Below, in pieces: positions 38,312 to 50,258 of a stretch of 64,000 nucleotides of DNA (its first letter is position 1; each line of letters starts with the position of its first letter). The DNA comes from Haliotis rubra (Eukaryota). The position numbers were made by a program, and so were the translations under genes. The stretch spans positions 868,001 to 932,000 of the forward strand of contig NW_025767413.1 of the NCBI RefSeq assembly GCF_003918875.1, given 5' to 3'. The notes under the pieces are model-generated. The model was not told the DNA's origin. It saw only the letters and a program-made list of their open reading frames with translations, and did no database searches.

Positions 38312-39484
38312 TAGTTTATAGAATATTGTCAATGTTTCTGCATGAAACGTTTGCTGAACATTGTGTTTTGTATATGATTATTAATAGGGACATGCGTTTA
38401 TATAATGACGGTTCGATTGATAACTAATAGCGAAGACAATACAGTGGACAACAAGAAAGCCGCATCAATTATGAGTACTTTAGCATAGGTCCATTGTTGT
38501 GCATCTGGGACCCCACGTGTAGCTGATCTCAACCCATAAAGTACAGCCCCAGCTCACAGGTAAACCCGCCCTTTGAGAGGAAGGCCCTGTTGGCATGGTG
38601 ATGCTCATTGACCGGAAAACTGCTGGTTGGTATGACCGGACCAAACTCCTCTGACCGCCAGTTACCTCAGAAACTGACCAATCAGCTCTCAGTGACAGCA
38701 TGGCCACTAGCCACGGTGTCAGCACTGGGGCATTGGTGCTGCGTTTTGGATATGCTGACAAACTGTTGGGAACAGTTCTTGATATGTTTTAAGTAAACAG
38801 GATTATGATTGTGTCACTATGGTTAGCGTGTTAACGTTTCTTCCCATACAACGCTAAGGTTTCATGATCAAATAGCTATAATTGTTTTAAAGCAGGAAAA
38901 ATATTATCTTAGCTTAGCTTAGCTTATCCTATTTCATGTTTACAAACGATAATCGAGTCTGTTTATCAGCAGTAAGTCACCATGACTACGGAGACTTGTA
39001 ACGTAACACAAACTGGCATCAAGGTATATACTGTCACCGGCGGGGCCTTAACATTATAACAAATATAAATATACTTTGATGCCATGGGTTTTCTTTGGGC
39101 GTTACAAGCCCCTGTGACCATGACTGCGGATTAACTGCATAAAAAAACACGCTACATGATAACAAAAAGGCAAACTTGCTAACTGTGGCCAAAAGCTAGA
39201 AGAAGTTAATATATTTGTCTGCTAGTCAGTCAATGCGCGATAATGCCATCGACTTGCATCTTTCATCGGCATGTAGCTCTCCTCCGGTATTAGCATAAGA
39301 TGCTCTGACTAAAATACTGTTACACTTGGCGTTACATTCGTCCAGTATTATGATTGGGCTTTCTAAAGAGGTAGTTTTAGTGGCGACCAAAATATATTTC
39401 AATACCATAATTTAATAAAAACAACATTCGAAGCATGTAATGTATGGTGGACTCTTTTGAATATATGGTTTTACTTATATTAGA

Positions 39485-39843
39485 GACCGCCTCCGTGGTG
39501 TAGTGGTTAGAGCGTCCGCCCGGAGAGCGGAAGGTCGCGGGTTCGATCCCCGACCGCGTCATACCAAAAGACGTTAAAATATGGTACTTGTTGGTCCCTG
39601 CCTTGCGCTCGGCATTAATGGGTACAACAAGGACTGGTCGGCTCGGAGTCTGTATACTGTGTCTGAGTGGGGTATTCATGCTTCACTGCGGCATGGTATC
39701 TCAGTGAGCAAGGACTATAAAACCAGCTTAAGTCTTGGCTAGTACAAGCAGCCGCACATACACATACACACGCATGCACGTTGTCATATGAGCGAAATAT
39801 TCTCAAGCACGACGTTAAACCCAATTTCACCTCACCTCACCTC
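39485..39843 (+). mobile_element. Full-length tRNA-derived SINE, Meta/RUDI-like central domain, (CACCT)n tail, 12-bp TSD
   Basis: A box TGGTGTAGTGG, B box GGTTCGATCCC and body GTCATACCAAAAGACGTTAAAA.ATGGTAC; TSD ACTTATATTAGA at 39473-39484 and 39844-39855. The domain name is from recall only. Confidence 0.9.
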
Positions 39844-39923
39844 ACTTATATTAGATTCTGGCATCCTTACACTGTTCCAATGTCATTATTATTTCCTACG
39901 CCAAGACCTAGTCCATGATAGGG

Positions 39924-40150
39924 GACCCGTGAAGATCCGGATTAGAACTGATCTTCAGTAACCCATGCTTGTCGTAAGAGACGACTAACGCGATGGTTGA
40001 CTCATGCCGTCGTATCCCAGGTGCATAGATTGATGTTCATGCTGTTGATCACTGGATTGTCTAGTCCAGACGCAATTATTTACAGACCGCCGCCATATAG
40101 CTAGCTGGAACATTGGTGGGCGCGGCGTAAAACTAAACTGACTCACTCGC
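39924..40150 (+). mobile_element. tRNA-less short retroposon, family B
   Basis: Head GACCCGTGAAGATCCGG, hairpin GTCGTAAGAGACGAC, tail GCGGCGTAAAACTAAACT.ACTCACTC; TSD TCCATRATAGGG. Confidence 0.88.
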
Positions 40151-40766
40151 TCCATAATAGGGGTATTTACATACAGGTGGACAAGATGGAGGAAGACTGT
40201 ACGTCACTGGTGACTTACTCACTCACTCACTCACTCATGAAAATATTGATTGTATTGTCAAACACTGCAGACATTGAATTGATGAAAGAGTGAATCAACT
40301 TCCTTGCTGGATGGTCACAACTGTATACATAGTCTAAAGCTGGGATGGGAACACTGAATCTACCGTATTTGATCATTCATTTGGCGAAAAGGTGGATTTG
40401 GTGGTCAATATGATAGAGCACATAAAAACAACCCCTGTGAATTTCCTCCACGACCTGACTACACATATTTATACCTAGCCGGTTTTTTTGACTGTCCCAT
40501 ATGAGATTAGTCGTCTTCAACTGATATCGGTTACCATGGAAACTGAAAGGTAGATGGCGAAACATGATACTGTGCTGTGATATGATAAGGGGCAGTCTCC
40601 AGTTTCGATTACACGAGAAAGGGAAGCCTAAATCCTGCTTATATGTTTTACATGACCATCTGGCGTTTAAAGCCACATATATGTTTACGCATGTAACAGA
40701 GGAAACAACACAGACACAGCACATCACGGACGTAACTGTCGGTGACGATACGGAGAACAAGAAAAG

Positions 40767-41041
40767 TGAGTGAGTGAGTGAGTTTGGTTTTACGCCGCAC
40801 TCAGCAATATTCCAGCTATATGGCGGCGGTCTGTAAATAATCGAGTCTGGACCAGACAATCCAGTGATCAACAGCATGAGCATCGATCTGCGCAATTGGG
40901 AACCGATGACATGTGTCAACCATGTCAGCGAGCCTGGCCACCCGATACCGTTAGTCGCCTCTTACGACAAGCATAGTCGCCTTTTGTGGCAAGCATGGGT
41001 TGCTGAAGACCTATTCTACCCCGGATATTCACGGGTCAGAT
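40767..41041 (-). mobile_element. Family B retroposon with TSD CAAGAAAAG
   Basis: Homologous to 39924; TSD at 40758-40766 and 41042-41050; the hairpin module is internally duplicated. Confidence 0.92.
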
Positions 41042-42309
41042 CAAGAAAAGATAACATGAGACTTTATTATGAAATAAAGAATAAATATAACAGAAGAATA
41101 TGTAATAAAACTCTACATATGGTGACCTAACCACAGGTATAATATAAATACAGAAACACAAGTGGATGTGGGTGTGTCTGTGTCTGTGTGTGTCTGTGAT
41201 TGATACCTATAGTAAACTTCATAAAACCGGATAATGACTTTAAAGACGTGTTAACTCTTTGTTTTCTGCATAGGCTGTCGTAAATAACGATTAATGTTTT
41301 TGTTCCGCTTGATAACACAGTATAATTAAGTATTTAATATTTAATTGTTTCCAACAAACCTAGCATAGATATAAACAATAAGCGTTTCTATCCACATTTA
41401 GACAGCATTTCAAAAATATTGTTGACCAAACAGGTAACGATTATTCATAATGTGCTTGTTAACGGTGTTAACATATACACCGAAACTTCACATCTTTTGC
41501 TATAAGAAGTTGTCGACAGAAAGTGTTCCGCTTCATGATTTAAATATGCAAGTTTCTGGAAAGCTATTTATTTTTAACGAAAGTCGATAGATATTTCGAT
41601 TCTGTAGAACAAGCAGAAACACATGTGTTTTTATAGTCTACCAGATTTGCCAGATGGAAATATTTGAATGTATCTATGATATTTAACTGTATGTCTGAAT
41701 GATTCTACCGACCATACCCAGCACCCTATGGCCGCTCCCAATATTTAAACTTATAACCAGCTAAACCAGTCTCAACACACCTGGCAGCTAGCGCTTCGAT
41801 GAAAGGTGCTAAACGTGTTTATGATTGTCAAGAACACGCCACAACCTTGAGACCTCTGGATGACCCCTTGAACCGATCGCTCAAACGCAGCCTTGACGGT
41901 TTGTAGTTAAAGCAGTTGTGAATGTCTGCTTGGCCTTGATCTCCAGCGTGTGTATGGCAGGGTCGATCAGCGACCTGCTAGCCGCTGGAGGCGGCACGAT
42001 CCGCCAGCTGCCCTGGACACAACATCACTAGGCTCCGTCTAGGGAATTAAAACAACCGACAGGGTTAGCACTGAAACAGGAGAACCAGTTTAGAGGAAAG
42101 CTATTCGACTGGATCAAGGTCGCTGGCTTGGAAAGCAGGATTGAAGAGGCAAGACCAATTTATGCTTGAGTGAAAGGTTTTATCGCGAGGAATGTGAATA
42201 GCTCCAACCCTGGGAGGGCTAAGCATCCAGATCGAAACCATGACTAATGCCCCACCCCACCCCACCCCCCTGTACACGTATACAGAAAATGGTCATCACC
42301 ATACAGAGA

Positions 42310-43335
42310 CCTTTATGCATGAAATGATAAAGTAGGGTGTTTATCTGGGAAAATATCGATGCATCACTAGAATGACATTCTGCCATTCATGAAAATATAC
42401 ACCTTACAGGTACAATGGACAAGGCTATTTGGCTAAAAGTACATATATTGTGGTTTACTTTGGTATATATTGTATGAATTAAGTTCAGACAGTGTTGTAT
42501 TTTCTAGAATGGCTCCATATGACATATTGTATTGACACATTCCTCATTGATAAGACAGAATGAAGGCCATCTGAGATACTGACAACTCATAGCTGCTAAT
42601 AAACAAGGGCGTTCCTCTCCTCTAGGAAAGAAGCTATTTTTCTAAAATCAAGTTAATATCTTGACCTTCTGACGTTAATCTACGGTGTGTGGATATCGAG
42701 GATATTTGGCTACATATACTTTCATTAGGTTCCTTTCCTCACCTGACACAGGTTTGAGGTTTTGAAAAAAGTATCAGCTTAAACACTACTAGTATGTCAC
42801 AACCGTTGTATTTAAATCTGAAATCAACTTTGAACCATACCTGCAACACTGCAAGATAATAAAACACCGTATCCACTTCACAAAACTAAGACTGAGTGAT
42901 CACAGACTAAAAATTGAACTGGGTAGGAGAACAAGACCACCGACACCTTTGGAGGACCGTCTGTGTGATAAATGCTCAGTCCTAGGATGAACAACACCAT
43001 TTCATGTGTTGCACTAAATATTTAGATGCAAGAAAGTACTATTTAACTCCCTTTCCTCTAAAATTAATAACTTTCTCAGACTTACTACCACTGAAAAATT
43101 TAACCTCCTTTTTAGAAATAATGATCCAAATAGTATAGAAATTATTTGCTACCACATGTACAACTTTAAACAAATATAGAAGATCTGATTGTCCTAGGCC
43201 ATTATTATTATTATTATACACATCTGTATTATTATGTTTTATTGCTCATCATATATATGTGATTCATTATATATCTTGTTTATGTAGTTTATAGAATATT
43301 GTCACTGTTTCTGTATGGAACGTTTGCACAATAAA
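42310..43335 (+). mobile_element. RTE-X-like LINE 3' fragment (decayed ORF C-terminus, 3' UTR, (ATTTG)n tail)
   Basis: ~42810-43030 reads FEPYLQHCKIIKHRIHFTKLRLSDHRLKIELGRRTRPPTPLEDRLCDKC...H...C, the RTE-X C-terminal CCHC region; AATAAA plus TTTGA repeats at 43310-43335. The left boundary is approximate. Confidence 0.85.
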
Positions 43336-43841
43336 TATTTGATTTGATTTGATTTGGAAAGAAAAGACAAAAGCAGACAGGGCTTCATTTTGGTGTTGAG
43401 GGTAAAATGACATGGACGGCTGAAAATTGCTATTTGCGATTTTAAAGTATAATGTTCTTCTGATGTGAGCAGGATATGTCAGGATATGTTGATATACTGA
43501 ATATCTTGATTAGTCTGTGTGGCTGACATCTGTATGTTTTGCTTTATACTGCCCCAAAACTATGATGATACGCCATGATGAAAGGTCATCTTGCGGCAGA
43601 TTACTTGTCGAGGTTATGATGAGATTTTGTACGACACAGAGAATCTCACCCGAGTGTATCTTATATCAAACATATCAAAACGAGTCGATGAAAGTTTACA
43701 ATTACGAGCCTATGAATGTTGATATTTTTCATGTCAAAAGTTACGTTGGTGAGCTTCTACTTATGATCCAATTATATTTCTGCATCCTTTTCTTGTTATG
43801 AATTCAGTAGTGTATATCTGCTAGTTTCCAGATACTTCCCA

Positions 43842-44132
43842 GACCGCGTCCTTGGTGCAGTGGATAGAGCATCTGCCAGATCCCCGTTCGTGTCATATCA
43901 AATTGTGTTTGACATTAAACATATAGAACAAGGACTGGTCGGCTTTGGGACAGTAAAATGTGTCTGTTTTAGGGATCCATGTTAAACTGCGGCATTTGAA
44001 AACATTTACCGTTGTAAAACCAACAGTAGTCAGTACTAATAGAAACACGCACGCACGTACTAACACACGTGAACGACGTCGCTATTTAAGTGCAATATTC
44101 TTGAATGCGAAGGTAAACCCAATTTCACCTCG
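43842..44132 (+). mobile_element. Decayed copy of the 39485 SINE
   Basis: Shares AACAAGGACTGGTCGGCT and the tail AAACCCAATTTCACCTC. Confidence 0.8.
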
Positions 44133-44959
44133 TCAGTCACCGGCTCCGCAAAACGTTCTACATAGAGCAATTGCAGTTTTATGATAGATGCTTACTGACT
44201 GACCGTCCCATAACCTAGCGATGACCCGAAATTATTCATCAACTGAAGTGGTAGTCAATTAGTGTCAATTGCACTTCCCATCATTCCGTTCAGACAGAGA
44301 CCATATACCGGTATTTGGTCTCTGGTTCAGACAATCGGATTCTGTCGGTGAGTGCGTACACTTCTGTCATCGGGTAGGAACCGATCGCTGAGTACTTTGT
44401 AATGACGGTACACATTGCGTGTTGGGAGATACCACGTGTCATCTGTTGGAAATGGTGGTTCTTTGTGAAGAGTGAGTGAGTTGAAGTTTTACGTCGCATC
44501 GGCAATATTTCAGCCATATATATAGCGACGAGACCAAGTCTGCACATATACACATTTTGATTACAAAGTTTAAATGAGTTTCTTAAAATACACCCTTCTC
44601 TTTTACACTATTATCCACCAAGAAAAAGTGTCATAGCACCGAACTTAAAAACAAGCAGTTTGTTTCACACATAACACAGTTACAATCTATAATACAGATT
44701 GATTTCTCTGAAGTAGTTCACAGTGAGATATCTGTGAATAGAAACATAATATAATTATCTAGCTTTTATACATATGTAATGTTACACGAGTATGTTAGGT
44801 TATGTTATGTTACGTATCTATAATCTCTAAGACAAATCAATAAATGTACACACAGCTTGAGTTAACTTAAACCTTGGATCTTGAAATCTTAGTTAGTGGG
44901 AGAGTTAGTTATATATGTCTTGTAATTACAAATCCTGAATCTGTGTCTCCCACGTATAA

Positions 44960-45195
44960 GACCCGTGAAGATCCGGGTTAGAATTGGTCTTCAGCAACCC
45001 ATGCTTGTCGTAAGAGGCGACTAACAGGATCGGGTGGTCAGGCTCGCTGACTTGGTTGATAATTGTCATCGTTTTTCTATTGCGCAGATCGATGCTCATG
45101 ATGTTGATCACTTAATTGTCTGATCCAGACTCAGTTATTTACAAACCGACGCCACATAGCTTGAATAATGTGTGCGTTGTTAAACAACAAAAACA
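44960..45195 (+). mobile_element. Family B retroposon
   Basis: Head GACCCGTGAAGATCCGGGTTAGAATTGGTCTTCAGCAACCCATGCTTGTCGTAAGAGGCGACTAAC; A-rich (AAAC) tail. Confidence 0.9.
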
Positions 45196-45289
45196 AAACT
45201 CAGACACAAACTAGAATATTCATCTCTGTGCCAGTTCGAACCTTGAATCCTTATCACTGAGTTGAGTCCAACCTTGTCCAACCAATCCT

Positions 45290-46010
45290 GGAGTCAACAT
45301 TAAAAGTCATCGATGACAACGTTAGGAAATGACGTCCCCGCCTGTGGAAGCGAGTGCCATGATGACGACACCCACCCTGGAAGGTTTGTAATGATCCAGA
45401 GAGTCCACTTATGGTAATGACTGACCGAAATATTCCTGGATAGATTAAATTCTTACGAAGAATCCCTCGCTGAGTTCCAAAGCTTCTAAGGTCTGATAAA
45501 AACCGCACCAGACACAACATGTCTTGTACTAATCCAGCTCAGCTTGACGCTGATTTTGAGGGATTCTCACAACGATTCGTGACTGTGAATGAAACCGGGG
45601 TCCAAACACCAGTCAAAACAATGGAAGTATTTTACATCATAGCTAAGACTAACGGCTTTGACCGTCAGCTGGAAATGTAGCTAGTTACGTATGACCTCCA
45701 TGTTCTTGAATGGTGTCAAAATGGTCATCTTCCAAAAGGCCAAACAATAAATGGAGCATATTAGGCGACACATTTGAGGCAATTATGGGATGAAATTAAA
45801 TCTACGAGACGTGGGAAGCTGGAAAATGTTATAATCTGCCAGGACAATGGGCCGGTGCACAAACCATTGACATGGCTACAATTCGCAAGTGGAGCTTTCA
45901 AATCTTTCAGCTCTACACTATTCTGCTGATGTAGTTCCGCCAGACTTACAGCTGTCGCAAAGCGTCAACAAAATCTGACCAGAACCCATTTAACATGACG
46001 TCATGCCACA
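45290..46010 (+). pseudogene. Decayed mariner (D,D34D-type) transposase
   Basis: Fragments QRFVTVNET (cf. IVTGDET), LPKGQTINGAY*...RRGKLENVIICQDNGPVHK (cf. HDNARPH) and YSADVVPPD (cf. YSPDLAPSD), with many indels. Confidence 0.85.
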
Positions 46011-46016
46011 AAAAGT

Positions 46017-46206
46017 AGTCTCTGAATATATATAATTTTGATAGCAACAAATAAACCCATTTAAAATGAAAAGGAGCCCCATTCAGATGGGAGATTCAGA
46101 AGCAGAACCTGGCGAAATCAAGACTTGCTTCATTTAGGGCTTCAGCATTGCAGGGAGGGCTTGGCAGTAGGGAAAATAATGTGGTTCAGGACTGTGAGAC
46201 GGACTA
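46017..46206. mobile_element. ~190-200-bp element, family C (TAGTC...GACTA ends); diverged copy at ~46236-46390
   Basis: Reverse-complement homologue of 46850, 47568 and ~50197. Confidence 0.85.
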
Positions 46207-46849
46207 CCTAACCGGGTAACAGACAGACTTACGCTTAGTCTCTGAGTAAATATAATTGTTTTTAGAAAAATATCCTTTTAAATTGTAAAGGAGCCCCAGT
46301 GAGAAGGGAGATTTGAGGTAAACCTAGATTTGCTTCCTTTAGGGTTGGGCAGAAGGGCAAATAATGTGGCCCAGGGACTGTGAGACGCTGTCATCAGATG
46401 TGTGACGATAAATGTATCCACAAGAGTTGACTCTGATACATTACATCCATAAATAGATAAGTGGGTGACTATCAAATGTGTCTGAGGCTTCATATGTTCT
46501 AAGCCATAAGAAATATATAATCCGACCTGGACACTTGCTGTGAAAGGATTAGTGACTGTAGCGTATGGTCACCATCCCTCACACATTGTACGTGGTACAA
46601 TACATACGGACGGAGGCTCATTACACGTAACCCCATCTACATTGTAGCGCACCCGTTGCTTGCTGAGCAAACCATGTTAGCCCCTGTTACCCCACTCATC
46701 CCGCTAGCCCCACCCCCTCAATCCCGTCCCTGCCGCTACCAATAACAACCACGTGTCAGACCCTAGAGCCCATATCTCCCAAGGTCAATATTATGTTAAC
46801 TGGTCAGCCCGTGTGATATCGGTCAGTTTGGGTGGATGACCGGTCCCCC

Positions 46850-47049
46850 TAGTCTGTCTCACAGTCCCTGAACCACATTATTTTCCCTACTGCCAAGCCC
46901 TCTCTGCAATGCTAAAGCCCTAAATAAAGGGCAAGTCTAGATTTCCTCAGAATCTGAATTTCTGGTCTCCCTGGGGCTCCTTTTCAATTTAAATGGGCTT
47001 GTTTGTTACTATCAAAATTATATATATTCAGAGACTAAGCATCAGTCTA
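46850..47049. mobile_element. Family C element
   Basis: TAGTCTGTCTCACAGTCCCTGAACCAC...TTCAGAGACTAAGCATCAGTCTA. Confidence 0.85.
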
Positions 47050-47567
47050 CGGTCCCCCGGACATGCTTGAGTATCACGTCCCACTGGATGTGTTTCCTAG
47101 TGGTCAAGTCTGCCATTGTTGTCACTGTGCAAACAGAAAGTCAGGGGAAAGACTTAATCTGAAATCCGTTTTGTGAAAATGTCTGTAAACTGCCTCTTCA
47201 TTTGTTAAAGACAAATACCAGATATACTGAGGGAAACAAATACGGGAACACCATTTCATCGCAGTGTTCCTTTATATATTCTCAGATGTTCACCCACAGT
47301 GCAATACAAAGCTTGTGAAGAAACCTGGAAAAAACTAAACTTTAGGGAACACTTGTGCTTTCATGTGTTCCTGATTTGTTTCCCTCAGTATATATACAAC
47401 ACATTACAACACTTCTCTGATGTAGTTTCGTCAGAGAACACTGTAAACAGAAAACACCAACACCAGAGAATAACCTGTGAATGGCAGCAGAGTCGTCAAA
47501 ATTCTGAAAATTATGTTCTGCGCTATGATCATGAAATGTGTCTCAAATTGTGTCTCATACTGACCCT

Positions 47568-47762
47568 TAGTCTGCCTCACAGTCCCTGAACCAGAATATT
47601 TCCCCTACTGCCTAGTCCTCCCTGCAATGCTAAATGAAGTAAGTCTAGATTTCCTCAGGTTCTGAATCTCCAATCTGACTTGGGCTCTTTTTCAATTTAA
47701 ATGGGTCCATTTGTTACTATCAAAATTATAATATATATATTCAGAGACTAGGCGTTAGTCTA
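47568..47762. mobile_element. Family C element
   Basis: TAGTCTGCCTCACAGTCCCTGAACC...TTCAGAGACTAGGCGTTAGTCTA. Confidence 0.85.
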
Positions 47763-47821
47763 ACAGACCCCGAAAACCCTGATACAAGTTCTCAGGGTTC
47801 TCAAGGCTCCTTTGTAAATGT

Positions 47822-47832
47822 GTGTCTGTCTT

Positions 47833-47877
<45 letters not shown>

Positions 47878-47903
47878 GTCTGTCTGTCTGTCTGTCTGTC
47901 TGT
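47822..47903. repeat. (CTGT)n microsatellite
   Basis: About 20 copies. Confidence 0.95.
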
Positions 47904-48501
47904 ACGGCATTGTCGTACACATATTAAGAAGTTTCCTCACTAAACCTCCCAAGTGCTTTGCTAACACTTGGATATTGTCGGCATCCTTGAATTTTATTTT
48001 TAAAGCATAGCTACATCCTCGAAGAGATTCCAGATCTGATGGAACAGCGTCTGACAGATGGTATCTCGGTCAAATAGATGAGTACATTCTGTCCTACATG
48101 TGTAAAAACGACTCAGTGACTATTCGGAAATGTGTTTGAAAATTCCAAAAAGCAATTTCTAAAGATACCAGTCAGTTTCGCTGGCCTCGGTCTGCACGCC
48201 ATGCAGCAACGTACTAGATGGCCGAGATTGGAGAAAGTTCACTGAATTATGCATTTTCTTGTCTGACTTACTTCCACCGTTATTGAAAAGGAATGCGTGA
48301 GCGAGTAAGTAGGTTGAAGGTCGCTTTAAACACCACATCAGTTATGTCTCGGCATCTTGATTTAATGTGGAGGAAAGTCGTCACCCAGGAGTTCTATTAG
48401 CCTTGCTCCAAAGCTGTACTAAATGCTAAGACTATGGATGTATAGTAATTCTATCCCTTAAAGAGGCAAGTCTAGATAAGGGGGCAGTCTAAGAACCCCA
48501 G

Positions 48502-48608
48502 GATCCCGATCCACAAAACGTTCGTAACGTTACGACCTGTCGTAACTCTGTAGTTAGTCATAGGTTTACGAATGTCGTAGCGCTACAAACGCCTTGTGGA
48601 TCGGGAAC
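48502..48608. mobile_element. 107-bp MITE, homologue of 30521
   Basis: TIR TCCCGATCCACAA / TTGTGGATCGGGA preceded by CAG. Confidence 0.85.
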
Positions 48609-49421
48609 ATGTCTGTTATATATTACTTTTTAGAAATTATCATTTAAAATTACTGCATTAATTTGTATCTTAGAGACATGTGCAAGTTTACAGTTAGATG
48701 CAAAGGAATGCATGACTATCTGTAAGCTGTCAGAATGACGGTGTTCAGTATGAGAGCAAGAAGTTCATAGACATTTTGAACAATATTCCAGTAATTTCTC
48801 AGTCTCAGCTTAATGTGAGAGGAATACCCTAGGTAATGCAGGTCTCAGACGTAAAACCCGCGGTACGGTGTTAATAAACATAATCGGGAAACGAGCCCAC
48901 GATCATATTTGTCTTGAGTGTCCAAGGAACACGACGATGGCGAGTTGCGGCGTCTCTGACGACTGGCCCATCCGTGTCCCGACAGCTAATGAAAAATTGT
49001 GTAAACCCTAAACTTGTGGAAACCCCTGCTGATGCCGCGAGCAACGACACCATCCGAATACCCAGAAGCCAGTGACGTGCAAAGGATTTGGTCCACCCGA
49101 TAAACATTTGAAGTAGGGTACGGGGACAGTGTGCCTCTGAAGCTCCAGTGCCACCATGAAAAATACCATGGATTTTAATGAGATCTGCATTAATAAAGAA
49201 CTAGCAAGAAACTAAGTGATGCCATCTCTCCAATGCAACCAGAGCATATTTTTGCAAAAAGCAGTTCTCTGTATGAAGTATTTGTCTTTTGCTGTGTTGT
49301 GTTGTATAGGTAGTGCATGTTTATAATCATATTGCACACTATGTTGCACAGATCAGATTCTTAGCTATTGACAGCGTTTGTCTCGGGCCCTAACACTCTG
49401 GGTCCCTTTTCACAAAGCGAA

Positions 49422-50258
49422 TGTAGTCTGTCTGACAGTCCCTGAACATTATCTTCCCTACTGCCCAGCCCTCCCTACAATGTAGTCTGTCTCACAGTCC
49501 CTGAACCATATTATCTTCCCTACTGCCCAGCCCTCCCTACAATGTAGTCTGTCTCACAGTCCCTGAACCACATTATCTTCCCTACTGCCAAGCCCTCCCA
49601 TACAATGTAGTCTGTCTCACAGTCCCTGAACCACATTATCTTCCCTACTGCCAAGCCCTCCCTACAATGTAGTCTGTCTCACAGTCCTGAACCACATTAT
49701 CTTCCCTACTGCCAAGCCCACATCCTTCCCTCCCTACAATGTAGTCTGTCTCACAGTCCTGAACCACATTATCTTCCCTACTGCCCAGCCCTCCCTACAA
49801 TGTAGTCTGTCTCACAGTCCTGAACCACATTATCTTCCCTACTGCCAAGCCTCCCTACAATGTAGTCTGTCTCACAGTCCTGAACCACATTATCTTCCCT
49901 ACTGCCCAGCCCTCCCTACAATGTAGTCTGTCTCACAGTCCCTGAACCACATTATCTTCCCTACTGCCAAGCCCTCCCTACAATGTAGTCTGTCTCACAG
50001 TCCCTGAACCACATTATCTTCCCAAGCCCTCCCTACAATGTAGTCTGTCTCAAGCCCTCCCTACAATGTAGTCTGTCTCACAGTCCCTGAACCACATTAT
50101 CTTCCCTACTGCCCAGCCCTCCCTACAATGTAGTCTGTCTCACAGTCCCTGAACCACATTATCTTCCCTACTGCCAAGCCCTCCCTACATACAATGTAGT
50201 CTGTCTCACAGTCCCTGAACCACATTATCTTCCCTACCGCCAAGCCCTCCCTACAATG
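49422..50258. repeat. 62-bp minisatellite made of the left end of a family C element (~14 copies), followed by the rest of the element to ~50390
   Basis: Unit TGTAGTCTGTCTCACAGTCCCTGAACCACATTATCTTCCCTACTGCCAAGCCCTCCCTACAA closely matches the first ~60 bp of 46850. Confidence 0.95.

Noticed and set aside
37386-38427. Three overlapping 257-293 aa hydrophobic ORFs
   Set aside because: Translation of a stop-free 31-bp minisatellite in all three frames.
40377-40919. 180-aa ORF
   Set aside because: The first half is a family B retroposon read through its tail; no domain resemblance.
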